NCBI GenBank assembly: GCA_947259705.1
Contig: CAMYNL010000013.1
Location: 75,073-139,072, forward strand
Source of the DNA: an uncultured Gammaproteobacteria bacterium
Lineage (GTDB): Bacteria > Pseudomonadota > Gammaproteobacteria > Arenicellales > JAANXG01
Direction of reading: 5' to 3'
Length of the DNA stretch: 64,000 nt
Shown: positions 1-9,056 of the stretch, piece by piece
Layout of the letters: each line of letters opens with the position of its first letter
Numbering within the stretch: the first letter of the stretch is position 1
The notes under the pieces: generated by a model
Seen by the model: only the letters and a program-made list of their open reading frames with translations
Told to the model about the DNA's origin: nothing
Database searches by the model: none
Made by a program: the position numbers and the translations under genes

Positions 1-71
1 TTCCGTCGGGCGATAGAATGTAGTAGATGCCACCCCTCCGATGAACCGCCAAATTCTGAAAGGAGTTCACC

Positions 72-495
72 ATGAAAGCGTGGCAAAGCCAGTCTCATCG
101 GAGATGGTACTGCAAATATCACGTTGTGTTTGCACCGAAGTGTCAGAAGCGTTCGATTTCGGTGCGCCACGGCGGAATATTGGGAATTTGCCGAGGGCTT
201 AATGCGGTCAGCACGGAGTAGCGCTCGTGGAAGGACAAGAGATGTCGGATCATATCCGCCGACGCTTGAGTATTCCACCGCCGTATAACGTGGCGCGCAC
301 GGTAGGGTTCATGAAGGGGAAGTCGGCCGCTCGGATCCACCGGCAGTATCCACATCGAGAGTATCAGTCTACGGGGTTCCATTTCGGGGCCAGGGGTCAC
401 TGCGTCAGCACGATCGGGCTGGACGAGCAGTTTGTTCGGCAGTAGATCAGAAACTTGAGGAACAGGAGTGGGCACCAGGAGAGTTTGCGGTTTGA
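72..495 (+). mobile_element. tnpA: IS200/IS605-family Y1 (HUH) transposase gene, degraded
   Basis: ATG at 72 behind an AAAGGAG RBS gives MKAWQSQSHRRWYCKYHVVFAPK, a typical IS200 TnpA N-terminus. The frame hits TAG at 219-221. Homology continues in another frame (ORF 227-445: SDHIRRRLSIPPPYNVARTVGFMKGKSAARI...FGARGHCVSTIGLDEQFVRQ). TAG at 443-445 sits where the conserved Tyr of ..IR.YIRNQ.. is expected. Confidence 0.75.
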
Positions 496-510
496 GGGCC
501 TTTAGGCCCT
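495..510 (+). other. Perfect 6-bp stem / 4-nt loop hairpin (AGGGCC-ttta-GGCCCT) at the 3' end of the IS200 remnant
   Basis: Inverted repeat read directly from the sequence. IS200/IS605 elements end in structured hairpins, so this may be the element end or a terminator. Confidence 0.35.
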
Positions 511-641
511 TTCCTGGGCGGACTGCGCCGCCGGGGGGGTCTCAAATCACCCTCTCTGCGGGTGGTAGGCAATTCAGCCGCTTAGCGAATAAGGTGGCAG
601 CGACCTTCCGCTTCGGTACGAGCAGTGCGGGAGTTTTCGCC

Positions 642-900
642 CTACATCCGGCTGGTCGTGGCAATCAGGTTGCCGATCTTGGCCGCGAAGTAATTTGTGG
701 TAGTCCGTCCCGATCTATATCCCAGCAGGTCCCGGCGGTCCTCGAACGACACACCCACCGCCATCGATCGGCGGCCGGAGGTGTGCTTGAGGTGATACAC
801 CCTCACCGGCGGCAGCGCCGCCCGCTTCCCTAGCGACCGCGTTTTGCCTGGGTTGAGGCACCCGCAGAGGCCGCGGATTGCCTCCTTCACCTGGCATCCG
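642..900 (-). pseudogene. Tyrosine recombinase (phage-type integrase) C-terminal stub
   Basis: The minus-strand ORF ends ...LPPVRVYHLKHTSGRRSMAVGVSFEDRRDLLGYRSGRTTTNYFAAK. This matches the R-HxLRH...LGH...Y catalytic tail with the histidines replaced by Tyr. The N-terminal ~250 aa are missing because the GntR gene begins at 1008. Confidence 0.45.
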
Positions 901-1007
901 TGTCTGGTCGTTTGTCCGGGTGCGGCGCTGGAAGTGCGCGCCGCCGGCACGGGAGAACTGGACCATGTAGTCAGGCGATCGAGGTCATCCGGCGCGTTCG
1001 GCAAGCA

Positions 1008-1700
1008 TTACGCGGTTGCTGACTCCGCTACGGTCTCGTGCTTGGGCGCGGCGTTGATCATCGATACTAGATCTGCGAAACGTTCTCCCTGGATCAGCAC
1101 ATGGTTCTTCAGGAGTAATTCCGCGTTCTGTTCGTTGCCACCAAGGATCGCGTCTACGATTGCTTTGTGTTCTTCAAAGGACGATCGCATCCGTTGTGGC
1201 ACACGCAGCTGGAGGCGCCGGTACGGCTTTAGTCGGTTGCGTAGTTGTTGGGCCTGGTCGGCCAAGAAACGGTTATAGGAGAGTTCGTAGATAACACCGT
1301 GAAACTGTTCGTTCTCATAGTAATAATCATCGGAGTTGCCGGCCTCGGCGGCGGCGCGGCAGGTGTCCAGTTTTTCGAGTAAGCGGGTGCGCTGTTCCGC
1401 CGCTATGCGCCGTGCTCCGAGTCGGCCGCACATGCCCTCGAGTTCGGCCATGACCTCAAACATTTCGATGATCTCAGGCAGGCCGAGATTGGCCACGAAA
1501 GTGCCGCGCCGCGGAATCGTCTCCACCAGACCGGTGGCGGCGAGCTGCCGGAGCGCCTCGCGGATCGGGGTCCGAGATACCGCGAACCGCTGACTGAGGC
1601 GGACCTCGTCGAGGCGCTCGCCCTGCGCGATACGCCCGTTGACGATGTCGTCCTCCAGCGCATCGCGCAGGTGTTGGATGCGGTGTTGTGGCTTGTTCAC
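1008..1700 (-). CDS. GntR-family transcriptional regulator (FadR/FCD subfamily), MatR-like by context
   Basis: Winged-HTH signature RLSQRFAVSRTPIREALRQLAATGLVETIPRRGTFV followed by a helical FCD-type C-terminal domain. Transcribed divergently from the TRAP/malonyl-CoA decarboxylase operon. Confidence 0.9.
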   Translation of the reverse strand: MNKPQHRIQHLRDALEDDIVNGRIAQGERLDEVRLSQRFAVSRTPIREALRQLAATGLVETIPRRGTFVANLGLPEIIEMFEVMAELEGMCGRLGARRIAAEQRTRLLEKLDTCRAAAEAGNSDDYYYENEQFHGVIYELSYNRFLADQAQQLRNRLKPYRRLQLRVPQRMRSSFEEHKAIVDAILGGNEQNAELLLKNHVLIQGERFADLVSMINAAPKHETVAESATA

Positions 1701-1769
1701 GGTCTATGACGATGTTTGGTCTGCAGCTGCTGGTCGCGATCCCGTGACTCGATCATGTGAATACCACCA

Positions 1770-1825
1770 TTGACACATTGTATCCTGAACGAGTATTCTT
1801 GTATACAATTTATAATAACTTGTAT
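1770..1825 (+). promoter_or_regulatory. Candidate sigma70 promoter plus GntR-type operator array
   Basis: TTGACA at 1770-1775 and TATTCT about 18 bp downstream. The perfect palindrome TTGTATACAA lies at 1799-1808. TTGTAT half-sites occur at 1778, 1799 and 1820, exactly 21 bp apart. AGGAG RBS precedes the ATG at 1861. Confidence 0.4.
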
Positions 1826-1860
1826 CTTACCCCCATAGGCACACCATAGGAGAATCATTC

Positions 1861-2856
1861 ATGAAATCATGCCGCGTTGCGTCTTCGTTATGTGTACTTG
1901 CTTCGCTCCTCGTGGGCGGATCGGCGTTCGCCGCCGACGTTAAGTTGAAGGCCTCCCACCAGTGGAACAATAAGGACGTGCGCCACCAGATGGTACAGCT
2001 CATCGCCGACGAGGTGGCTAAAGCCGGCGTCGGACTGGAGGTGCAGGTTTATCCTTCCAAGTCCCTGTACAAACCGAAAGAGCAGTGGACGCCTCTGACC
2101 CGCGGTCAGCTTGCGATCTCCGCGTTTCCGCTGGCGTATGCCGCCAGCCGTCATCCCGAATTCGACGCCACTTTGATGCCCGGCCTGGTCAAGAACCACG
2201 ATCACGCCGCCAAACTCAACGATTCGGAGTTCATGCAAGACATCAAGAAAATCATCAATGACGCCGGGGTGATGGTACTTTCCGATACCTGGCTGGCCGG
2301 GGGGTTTTCATCCAAGAAGAACTGCATTCTCGAGCCCGATGACGTCAAGGGACAGGTAACGCGAGCCGCGGGCAAAGCTTTCGAACAGATGATGGCCGGC
2401 GCCGGCGCATCCATCGCCTCGATGCCGTCATCGGAAATATATACGGCGATGCAGACCGGCGTGCTGGACGCCGCCAACACCAGTTCTGGCAGCTTTGTGT
2501 CGTATCGCATCTACGAGCAGGTCAAGTGCCTGACTGCTCCCGGTGAGCACGCCCTATGGTTCATGTACGAACCGATCTTGATGTCCAAGAAGGTTTTTGA
2601 CGGCCTGACCAAAGAACAACAGGATGCCTTGCTGGCGGCCGGACAGAAAGCCGAGGAGTTCTTCGACGCCGAAGCGCGTAAGCTCGACAAGACTTTGGAA
2701 GAGACCTTTAAAAAGGCCGGCGTCGAGGTCGTAACCATGAATGCCGAGCAAGCGGCGAAATGGCGTGAAATTGCCAAAACCACTTCTTACGCCGAGTTCA
2801 TCAAAAAAGTGCCAAGCGGCAAATCCCTCATCGATAAGGCGCTCGCCGCCCAGTAA
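1861..2856 (+). CDS. dctP: TRAP transporter substrate-binding protein (DctP family)
   Basis: Signal peptide MKSCRVASSLCVLASLLVGGSAFA, about 330 aa. It is followed by DctQ- and DctM-type permeases. Confidence 0.9.
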   Translation: MKSCRVASSLCVLASLLVGGSAFAADVKLKASHQWNNKDVRHQMVQLIADEVAKAGVGLEVQVYPSKSLYKPKEQWTPLTRGQLAISAFPLAYAASRHPEFDATLMPGLVKNHDHAAKLNDSEFMQDIKKIINDAGVMVLSDTWLAGGFSSKKNCILEPDDVKGQVTRAAGKAFEQMMAGAGASIASMPSSEIYTAMQTGVLDAANTSSGSFVSYRIYEQVKCLTAPGEHALWFMYEPILMSKKVFDGLTKEQQDALLAAGQKAEEFFDAEARKLDKTLEETFKKAGVEVVTMNAEQAAKWREIAKTTSYAEFIKKVPSGKSLIDKALAAQ

Positions 2857-2939
2857 GCTGCATGCAGCCGGGACAGCGGCCCCCATCTTGCCGGGGCCGC
2901 CGTCGGGCGCTCGAATCGAACCCGTTGACGGGAGGCCTT

Positions 2940-3455
2940 GTGCACGGAATTGTCATGTTCATCAACCAGTTGTCTCGGTTATGCGGGGTTATCGCGACGG
3001 CGCTGATTGCGATCTCGATCCTGATCGTGTGTCAGATGGTCATTTTACGCTACGGGTTTGCCGCCTCGACCACGTGGCAAACCGATGTAGTGATCTTTGG
3101 GCTGGTGGGCGCGACCATGATCGGCAGTCCCTATCTACTTCACAGAGGGGCGCACGTCGGGGTCGATCTCATTACCAATATGTTTTCGACGAAGATCCAG
3201 CGCTGGTTCAAAGTGATTTCTGGAGTTGCGATCTTCCTCGTCGGCGCCTCGTTAGCATGGACCGGTACGGAGCTCACTTGGGAGGCTTACGAGGGTAACT
3301 GGCTGTCAGAAACCGTCGCCGAAATTCCGCTATGGATCGCATACTTTGCCATGCCATTCGGTTTTGGCCTGCTCGCTCTACAGGCAGTTGCCGATGTGAT
3401 TGCCGTACTCATGGGTTTCGATGACGCGTTACCCGAAGGGTCGTCCTCCCACTAA
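2940..3455 (+). CDS. dctQ: TRAP transporter small permease (DctQ family)
   Basis: Four-TM hydrophobic ~170 aa protein between dctP and dctM. GGGAGG RBS lies 4 nt before GTG 2940; ATG 2955 is an alternative start. Confidence 0.8.
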   Translation: MHGIVMFINQLSRLCGVIATALIAISILIVCQMVILRYGFAASTTWQTDVVIFGLVGATMIGSPYLLHRGAHVGVDLITNMFSTKIQRWFKVISGVAIFLVGASLAWTGTELTWEAYEGNWLSETVAEIPLWIAYFAMPFGFGLLALQAVADVIAVLMGFDDALPEGSSSH

Positions 3456-3485
3456 TTCCCTTTACGACTGCCTAGAACTCCACTC

Positions 3486-4799
3486 ATGTCACCGATAACG
3501 ATTGGTATCCTGATCGGAGTTACCATGCTTCTGTTTTTGGCATTAGGTATTCCGGTTGCCTTCACCCTGGCTCTGGTCGCGCTGATCTTCTTGATTACTT
3601 TTGAGGGTGTGGGAGTATTCGGCGTGCTGGCCGAGACGTTTTTCTCGGGCCTTGCCGAATTCACCCTGTTATCGATCCCAATGTTCGTGGTTATGGGTAC
3701 GGCGGTGGCGGCGTCGCCCGCCGGCAGGGATTTGTACGAGGCGCTGGACCGCTGGCTAAACCGCGTACCCGGTGGATTGATCATTTCGAATATCGGCGCC
3801 TGCTCGATCTTTGCCGCATTGTCGGGTTCTTCCCCGGCGACTTGTGCGGCGATCGGTAAGATGGGCATTCCCGAAATGCAAAAACGCGGTTATCCGGATG
3901 GTCTCGCCACCGGCGCCATCGCCGCGGGCGGTACCCTGGGGATCCTGATTCCGCCGTCGATCACCATGATTGTTTACGGTATTGCCACCGAGACCTCCAT
4001 TGGTCGCCTGTTTATCGCCGGCCTGCTCCCAGGTCTGATGCTGACCGTGCTGTTCATGACCTGGTCTCTGTATACCAGTTGGCGCAGCGGCCACAGTTTG
4101 TCTGGAAGGAACGACATTACCTGGCAACATCGCTTCGCAGCATTGCCCCGTGTACTGCCGTTTCTACTGATAATCGCCGGGGTGTTGTGGGCCTTGTACG
4201 GTGGCGTTGCCACCCCGTCCGAGGCCGCCGGAGTTGGGGCGTTCTTGTGCCTGTTAATGGTCGCGGTGGTCTACCGCATGTGGCGCCCGAAACAACTCTG
4301 GAAAATCATTTCCAGCTCGATGAGCGAGAGCGTGATGATCCTTATGATCATCGGTGCAGCGGCATTGTTCTCTTACGCGCTCTCGTCTCTGTATGTCACT
4401 CAGACTATCGCTCAGTCGATTGCCGACGCCGGTCTCAACAGGTGGGTATTGATGGGCACGGTCAACGTATTTCTCCTGGTGGCAGGATTTTTTCTGCCAC
4501 CGGTGGCGGTGATCTTAATGACTGCCCCGATCTTATTGCCGATCATCACTGACGCGGGTTTTGACCCTTACTGGTTCGCGGTCGTACTCACTATCAATAT
4601 GGAAATCGGACTGATTACCCCTCCGGTGGGACTAAACCTCTATGTTATCAACGGTATTGTCCCCAATGTGTCGCTCGCAACGATCTTAAAGGGCGCGCTG
4701 CCATTTGTGGTGTGCATGGTCATCGGCATCGTCATCCTGTGCCTGTTTCCGCAGATTGCAACGTGGTTGCCGGATTATTTGATGGGTCGGGCAGTATGA
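3486..4799 (+). CDS. dctM: TRAP transporter large permease (DctM family)
   Basis: 437 aa polytopic protein with typical DctM blocks (SGSSPATCAAIGKMGIPEM, ITPPVGLNLYV). Its stop overlaps the next start in an ATGA. Confidence 0.92.
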   Translation: MSPITIGILIGVTMLLFLALGIPVAFTLALVALIFLITFEGVGVFGVLAETFFSGLAEFTLLSIPMFVVMGTAVAASPAGRDLYEALDRWLNRVPGGLIISNIGACSIFAALSGSSPATCAAIGKMGIPEMQKRGYPDGLATGAIAAGGTLGILIPPSITMIVYGIATETSIGRLFIAGLLPGLMLTVLFMTWSLYTSWRSGHSLSGRNDITWQHRFAALPRVLPFLLIIAGVLWALYGGVATPSEAAGVGAFLCLLMVAVVYRMWRPKQLWKIISSSMSESVMILMIIGAAALFSYALSSLYVTQTIAQSIADAGLNRWVLMGTVNVFLLVAGFFLPPVAVILMTAPILLPIITDAGFDPYWFAVVLTINMEIGLITPPVGLNLYVINGIVPNVSLATILKGALPFVVCMVIGIVILCLFPQIATWLPDYLMGRAV

Positions 4800-6145
4800 G
4801 CCGCGCGTTTCTGCATGACCTTCTGACTTCGATCGGGCAGAAAAGCCGCGAGCTGGTGCATGGCGGACCCGTGGCGCTCACCGACGGGGTGGAGATCGCG
4901 GACCTGGCAGAAACAATTCTCTCACAGCGTGGCGAGGCTTCCGGCATCGCACTGGCCGAAATGATCCTGGCGCGCTTCCGATCGATGGACCCCACCCAGA
5001 AACTCGAATTCTTCAAAGTGCTGACCGAGCATTTCGGTGCGGAGCAAGGTCGGCTGCAGGCGGCGGCCACTGACTACCTGGCGGCACCCAGTGACCAGTC
5101 TGCGATTGTTCTGCACGACGCCGCTGAGCCCCGGCGCCAGGAACTCATTCGCCGCCTCAATCTACCTGATGGAGGCACCGGGGCCCTGGTAGCGATGCGC
5201 TCGGACTTGCTTGATCTCATGTCCGACCATCCGGAACTTGCCGCGGTGGATCATGATTTCGATCATCTTCTCAGTTCCTGGTTCAATCGCGGATTTCTGG
5301 TATTGAAAAGAATCGAATGGGACACCCCCGCGTCTGTGTTGGAGAAAATCATCGAGTATGAGGCTGTACATGCGATCCAGAGCTGGGACGATCTGCGTCG
5401 TCGGATCGAGCCTCTGGATCGGCGCTGCTATGCATTCTTTCATCCCGCCTTGAGAGATGAGCCATTGATCTTCGTAGAAGTTGCGCTGGAGCGGGAAATC
5501 CCCGGCGCGATCGCGCCGTTGTTGGCTGACGACCGCGTCCCCACTCAATCCGATCAAATGACGACAGCGGTTTTCTATTCGATTTCCAATTGTCAGCGCG
5601 GCTTACGCGGCGTTTCGTTTGGAAATTTTCTGATCAAACAAGTGGTTCAAGAGTTGGCCCGCGACCTTCCGCGGCTCAAGAACTACGTCACGTTGTCCCC
5701 GGTAGTGGGCCTCTTGCACTGGGTCAGACAGCTAGGCCGCGATGGTCCCCTGCAGGACAATGAGCGATATCAGCGGATATCGAAGCTGCTCGAGCATACC
5801 GGCTGGCACCAGAACGAATCCATCGCCGCGGAACTGCAAGAGATGTTATTACCCACGGCGGCTGTGTACTTCCTGAATGCAAAGCGGGGCGACGGGATGC
5901 CTGTCGATGCAGTAGCGCGCTTCCATCTAGGTAACGGCGCGCGTTTGGAACGCATCAACTGGCTGGGTGACTTGTCGGACGTCGGACTGAACCAGGCCGG
6001 AGGTTTGATGGTCAATTACCTATATAAACTGACCGACATCGAAAAGAACCACGAGGCCTTCGTCAACAATCGCCGGATCGCTGTTTCGAACGAAATCCGC
6101 AAGATGGCGAAGAAATGGCAGCAGGAATTCGGTTTCGATAAATAG
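4796..6145 (+). CDS. Malonyl-CoA decarboxylase (MCD/MatA family), lower-GC copy
   Basis: Conserved MCD blocks [52 protein letters not shown] and [28 protein letters not shown] 4796 overlaps the dctM stop. Confidence 0.9.
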   Translation: MSRAFLHDLLTSIGQKSRELVHGGPVALTDGVEIADLAETILSQRGEASGIALAEMILARFRSMDPTQKLEFFKVLTEHFGAEQGRLQAAATDYLAAPSDQSAIVLHDAAEPRRQELIRRLNLPDGGTGALVAMRSDLLDLMSDHPELAAVDHDFDHLLSSWFNRGFLVLKRIEWDTPASVLEKIIEYEAVHAIQSWDDLRRRIEPLDRRCYAFFHPALRDEPLIFVEVALEREIPGAIAPLLADDRVPTQSDQMTTAVFYSISNCQRGLRGVSFGNFLIKQVVQELARDLPRLKNYVTLSPVVGLLHWVRQLGRDGPLQDNERYQRISKLLEHTGWHQNESIAAELQEMLLPTAAVYFLNAKRGDGMPVDAVARFHLGNGARLERINWLGDLSDVGLNQAGGLMVNYLYKLTDIEKNHEAFVNNRRIAVSNEIRKMAKKWQQEFGFDK

Positions 6146-6171
6146 ATAACGGGCGGTTTCGGCGTGACGAA

Positions 6172-7401
6172 ATGGATAAGACGAGACCGCTTGACGGACT
6201 TATTGTAATTGATCTGAGCCGCGTTCTGGCCGGTCCGTATGCAACCATGCTGTTGGCTGACCTCGGGGCTCGGGTGATCAAGGTGGAAATGCCGGAGTTC
6301 GGTGATGACGGGCGTTATTTCGGTCCGTACTTCGATGGGAAATCCGCGTAGTTTTCCTCGCTGAATCGCGGCAAGCGAAGTATTGCTTTGAACCTGAAGC
6401 AGACGACTGATCGCGGTATTTTTGAACAGCTGGTGTGTAAGGGGGATGTTCTAGTCGAAAACTTTCGGCCTGGAACGATGGACAAATTGGGATACGGCTG
6501 GGAGGCCCTGCAGGCGCTCAACGAAAGATTGATCTATGCTGCGGTGTCCGGTTTTGGCCATACCGGCCCGTATCGACAGCGTCCTGCTTATGACATGGTC
6601 GTGCAGGCTATGGGCGGCATAATCAGCGTGACCGGTCAGGAAGACAGCGCGGCCCCGACGCGGGTCGGCACTTCGGTGGGTGACATCACTACCGGTTTGT
6701 TCGGTGCAACCGGTATTCTTGCTGCATTACACGACCGTCAGCAAACAGGGGCGGGCATGATGATCGATGCCGGTATGTTCGATTGCCAGGTAGCGATACT
6801 CGAAAATGCCGTGTCGAGATATCTGGCAGATGGCGAGATTCCCAAGCCGCTCGGGGCGCGCCATCCATCGATTACACCGTTCGAGGCGTTCCGCACACAA
6901 GACGATTATGTCATCGTCGCCGCCGGAAATAACGCGTTATTCGAAAAATTTTGTGTTGCGCTCAAGCGCGATGACTTGTTGCAAGCTCCCGAGTTCTCCA
7001 GTAACGATCTGCGCACCAAAAACCATGCGCGTTTAAAGCAGGAGCTGGAGGCGACGTTGGCCCAAAAACAGGCCGCCGAGTGGCTCACCATTATTGCCGA
7101 TGCAGGCGTACCATGTGGACCGATCAACAACATCGAGCAAGTAGTTAATGATGAGCACATTGCCGCACGCAATATGATAATCAATACCAAGGGCTCGAAC
7201 GCGGGTGGGGTGCGTATGGCCGGTAATCCGATCAAGCTTTCCGCCTACGAGGATCCTGGCGAACGGCGGGCGGCGCCTGATCTTGATGCAGACAGGGACT
7301 GGATCATCAATTCCTTCTCTTGCCGGAGCGGAAAACGTGACACCATAGCAATGATAGGCCGGGGCCCTGGGTTACGCAGGTATACCCGCCGCCGCAACTA
7401 A
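6172..7401 (+). pseudogene. Class III (CaiB/BaiF-type) CoA-transferase interrupted by an in-frame TAG
   Basis: [39 protein letters not shown]...FDGKSA-TAG(6349-6351)-FSSLNRGKRSIALNLK...VLVENFRPGTMDKLGYGW. The reading frame stays the same across the stop. The TAG sits where family members have Tyr (..S.YF..NR.K.S). Confidence 0.8.
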
Positions 7402-7655
7402 AGTGTCTCCCCGCGATATGACGTGAGTCTTCCCAGGCCCATGACGTCACCTGCGAGCGACCATCAGGAAATAATCGCAACGACAAAGCCGAGTATCTCC
7501 CGTGGCATATGCACCGACGTCCTGGCCTGATTTGTATGGCCGCGAAAAAGCAAGGCTTGCATTGGAATCTGCGCCAAGAGTTCCCGTTTCAGAACCTGCC
7601 CCGGTTAGATGGACACCTTAAGAATGTCGTAGGCATCTACGGCAGGAGCTGTGCG

Positions 7656-7872
7656 ATGAATAGAAGAAGGGGCTATAAGCGATACCGAGCGGAATTCAAT
7701 CGTGGGGTTTGAAGCAAGCCAGCGAAGATGGGATGACAGTCGAGGTGGTCCCTGAGTAGCTGGGGATCAGTGGGCGTCAACTGGCTCGTCGGGGGATGGG
7801 TTGAGGTTATTGGGGGATAATGCGTTTTTAGGCAAGGGTCAAACCCGCAGCGATGAAGTGACGCGGCTGTAG
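7656..7872 (+). mobile_element. IS3-family orfA (HTH transposase subunit) 5' stub, multiply broken
   Basis: AGGAG RBS then MNRRRGYKRYRAEFNRGV-stop. LGISGRQLARR and DNAFLGKGQTRSDEVTRL-stop follow in shifted frames. These match the IS3/IS911 OrfA pattern (RR.YS.EFK..AV, LGIS...L..W, AFPG.G....E..RL). The stub ends at the junction with the dctM remnant. Confidence 0.55.
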
Positions 7873-9051
7873 CGGGGGCTGGCGGATACGCTGTTTGGCG
7901 GGCTGGATGAATTAGCCCTGCTTTTCCTGCCCATGTTCCTACTGATGAGGCGGCTGTGGCCGCTTCGCGTGCCGGCAGCGATCTCTACGAGGCCCCGGAC
8001 CGTTGGCTTTACCGGGTGTGCCGGGTGGTTTGCTCATCTGCAACGTAGGTGCCTGCGGCGTAGTCGCTGGGCTCACGGGATCATCACCCGCGACCTGTGC
8101 CGCGGTAGTGAAGGATGGGCACATTGGAGATGCGCATGCGCGGCTATCCGGCGAGCCTGGCCACCGGCGCCATCGCTGCCGTCGGCACCCTGGGTATCCT
8201 GATCCCATCCGGTATCACCATGAATTTCGTTGGTATCGCGACAGAGACGTCGATCGGACGCCTGTTCATCGCCGGGCTACTGCCAGGCATCGTGCTGACG
8301 GGGTTGTTCATGGCGTGGGCATGGATCTATGTCTCCAGTCGCGGGGTTCGGTTCACCGAGGATAACAAGAGTTTCAGCCTGTGGGACAAGTTGATCATCC
8401 TGCCCAAGGTGATCCCGTTTCTCAGTATCATCGGGACTGTGCTGCGGACTTTGTATGGCAGCGTGGCTACGCCCTCCGCGGCAGGTGGTGTGGGGGCGCT
8501 GCTCTGCATCGTGCTGGAGATGGCGATCTACCAGGTATGGCGGCCACGCGCTGTGTGGGAGATCATAAGTACGGCTATGCGCGAATCGGTCATGCTGTTG
8601 CTCATCAATGGCATGGCCGCAATATCCAGTTACACGATGTTGACCCTTTACATCACCCAGGGAATTGCAGGGTGGATCGCGGTGATGGAGGTGACTCGCT
8701 GGTTACTGTTATTTTTCGTGAACATCTTTACTTCTGGTCGCGGGCTTTCTTCTGCCCGTGGCGGCGGTAATCCTGATGACCACCCCGACGCTGCTTCCTG
8801 TTATTACCCATGTCGGATTTGACCCGAGCTGGTTCGGCGTGTTATTCACGGTCAATATGGAGATTGGCCTCATCACCCCGCCCGTGGGCCTTGGTCTCTA
8901 TGTGATCAATGGCATCACGCCGAACGTCAAGATCCCGACCATGTTCTGGGGCGCATCGCCGTTCACGTTGTGCATGGTGCTGGGTATTTTTCTATTGTGC
9001 CTTTTTCCGGGCATCGCGACCTGGTTGCCCGATTATCTGATGGGGGAGTGA
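7873..9051 (+). pseudogene. dctM: DctM-family TRAP large permease, 5'-truncated with at least four frame changes (high-GC resident copy)
   Basis: Pieces in different frames align with the intact DctM at 3486-4799. LADTLFGGLDELALLFLPMF matches LAETFFSGLAEFTLLSIPMF. VPGGLLICNVGACGVVAGLTGSSPATCAA matches VPGGLIISNIGACSIFAALSGSSPATCAA. RGYPASLATGAIAAVGTLGILIP, IATETSIGRLFIAGLLPG and ITPPVGLGLYVINGI also align. About the first 45 codons and any dctPQ are absent. Confidence 0.85.
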
Positions 9052-9056
9052 TCTAG

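Noticed and set aside
500-641. tRNA or tmRNA attachment site beside the integrase stub
   Set aside because: I found no cloverleaf, no GTTCGAATC-like T-loop and no CCA-proximal acceptor stem by eye.
6349-6351. TAG in the CoA-transferase as programmed readthrough or pyrrolysine
   Set aside because: There is no pyl gene context or PYLIS-like signal, and the organism looks like an ordinary proteobacterium. A TAC/TAT-to-TAG point mutation or a base-call error is far more parsimonious.
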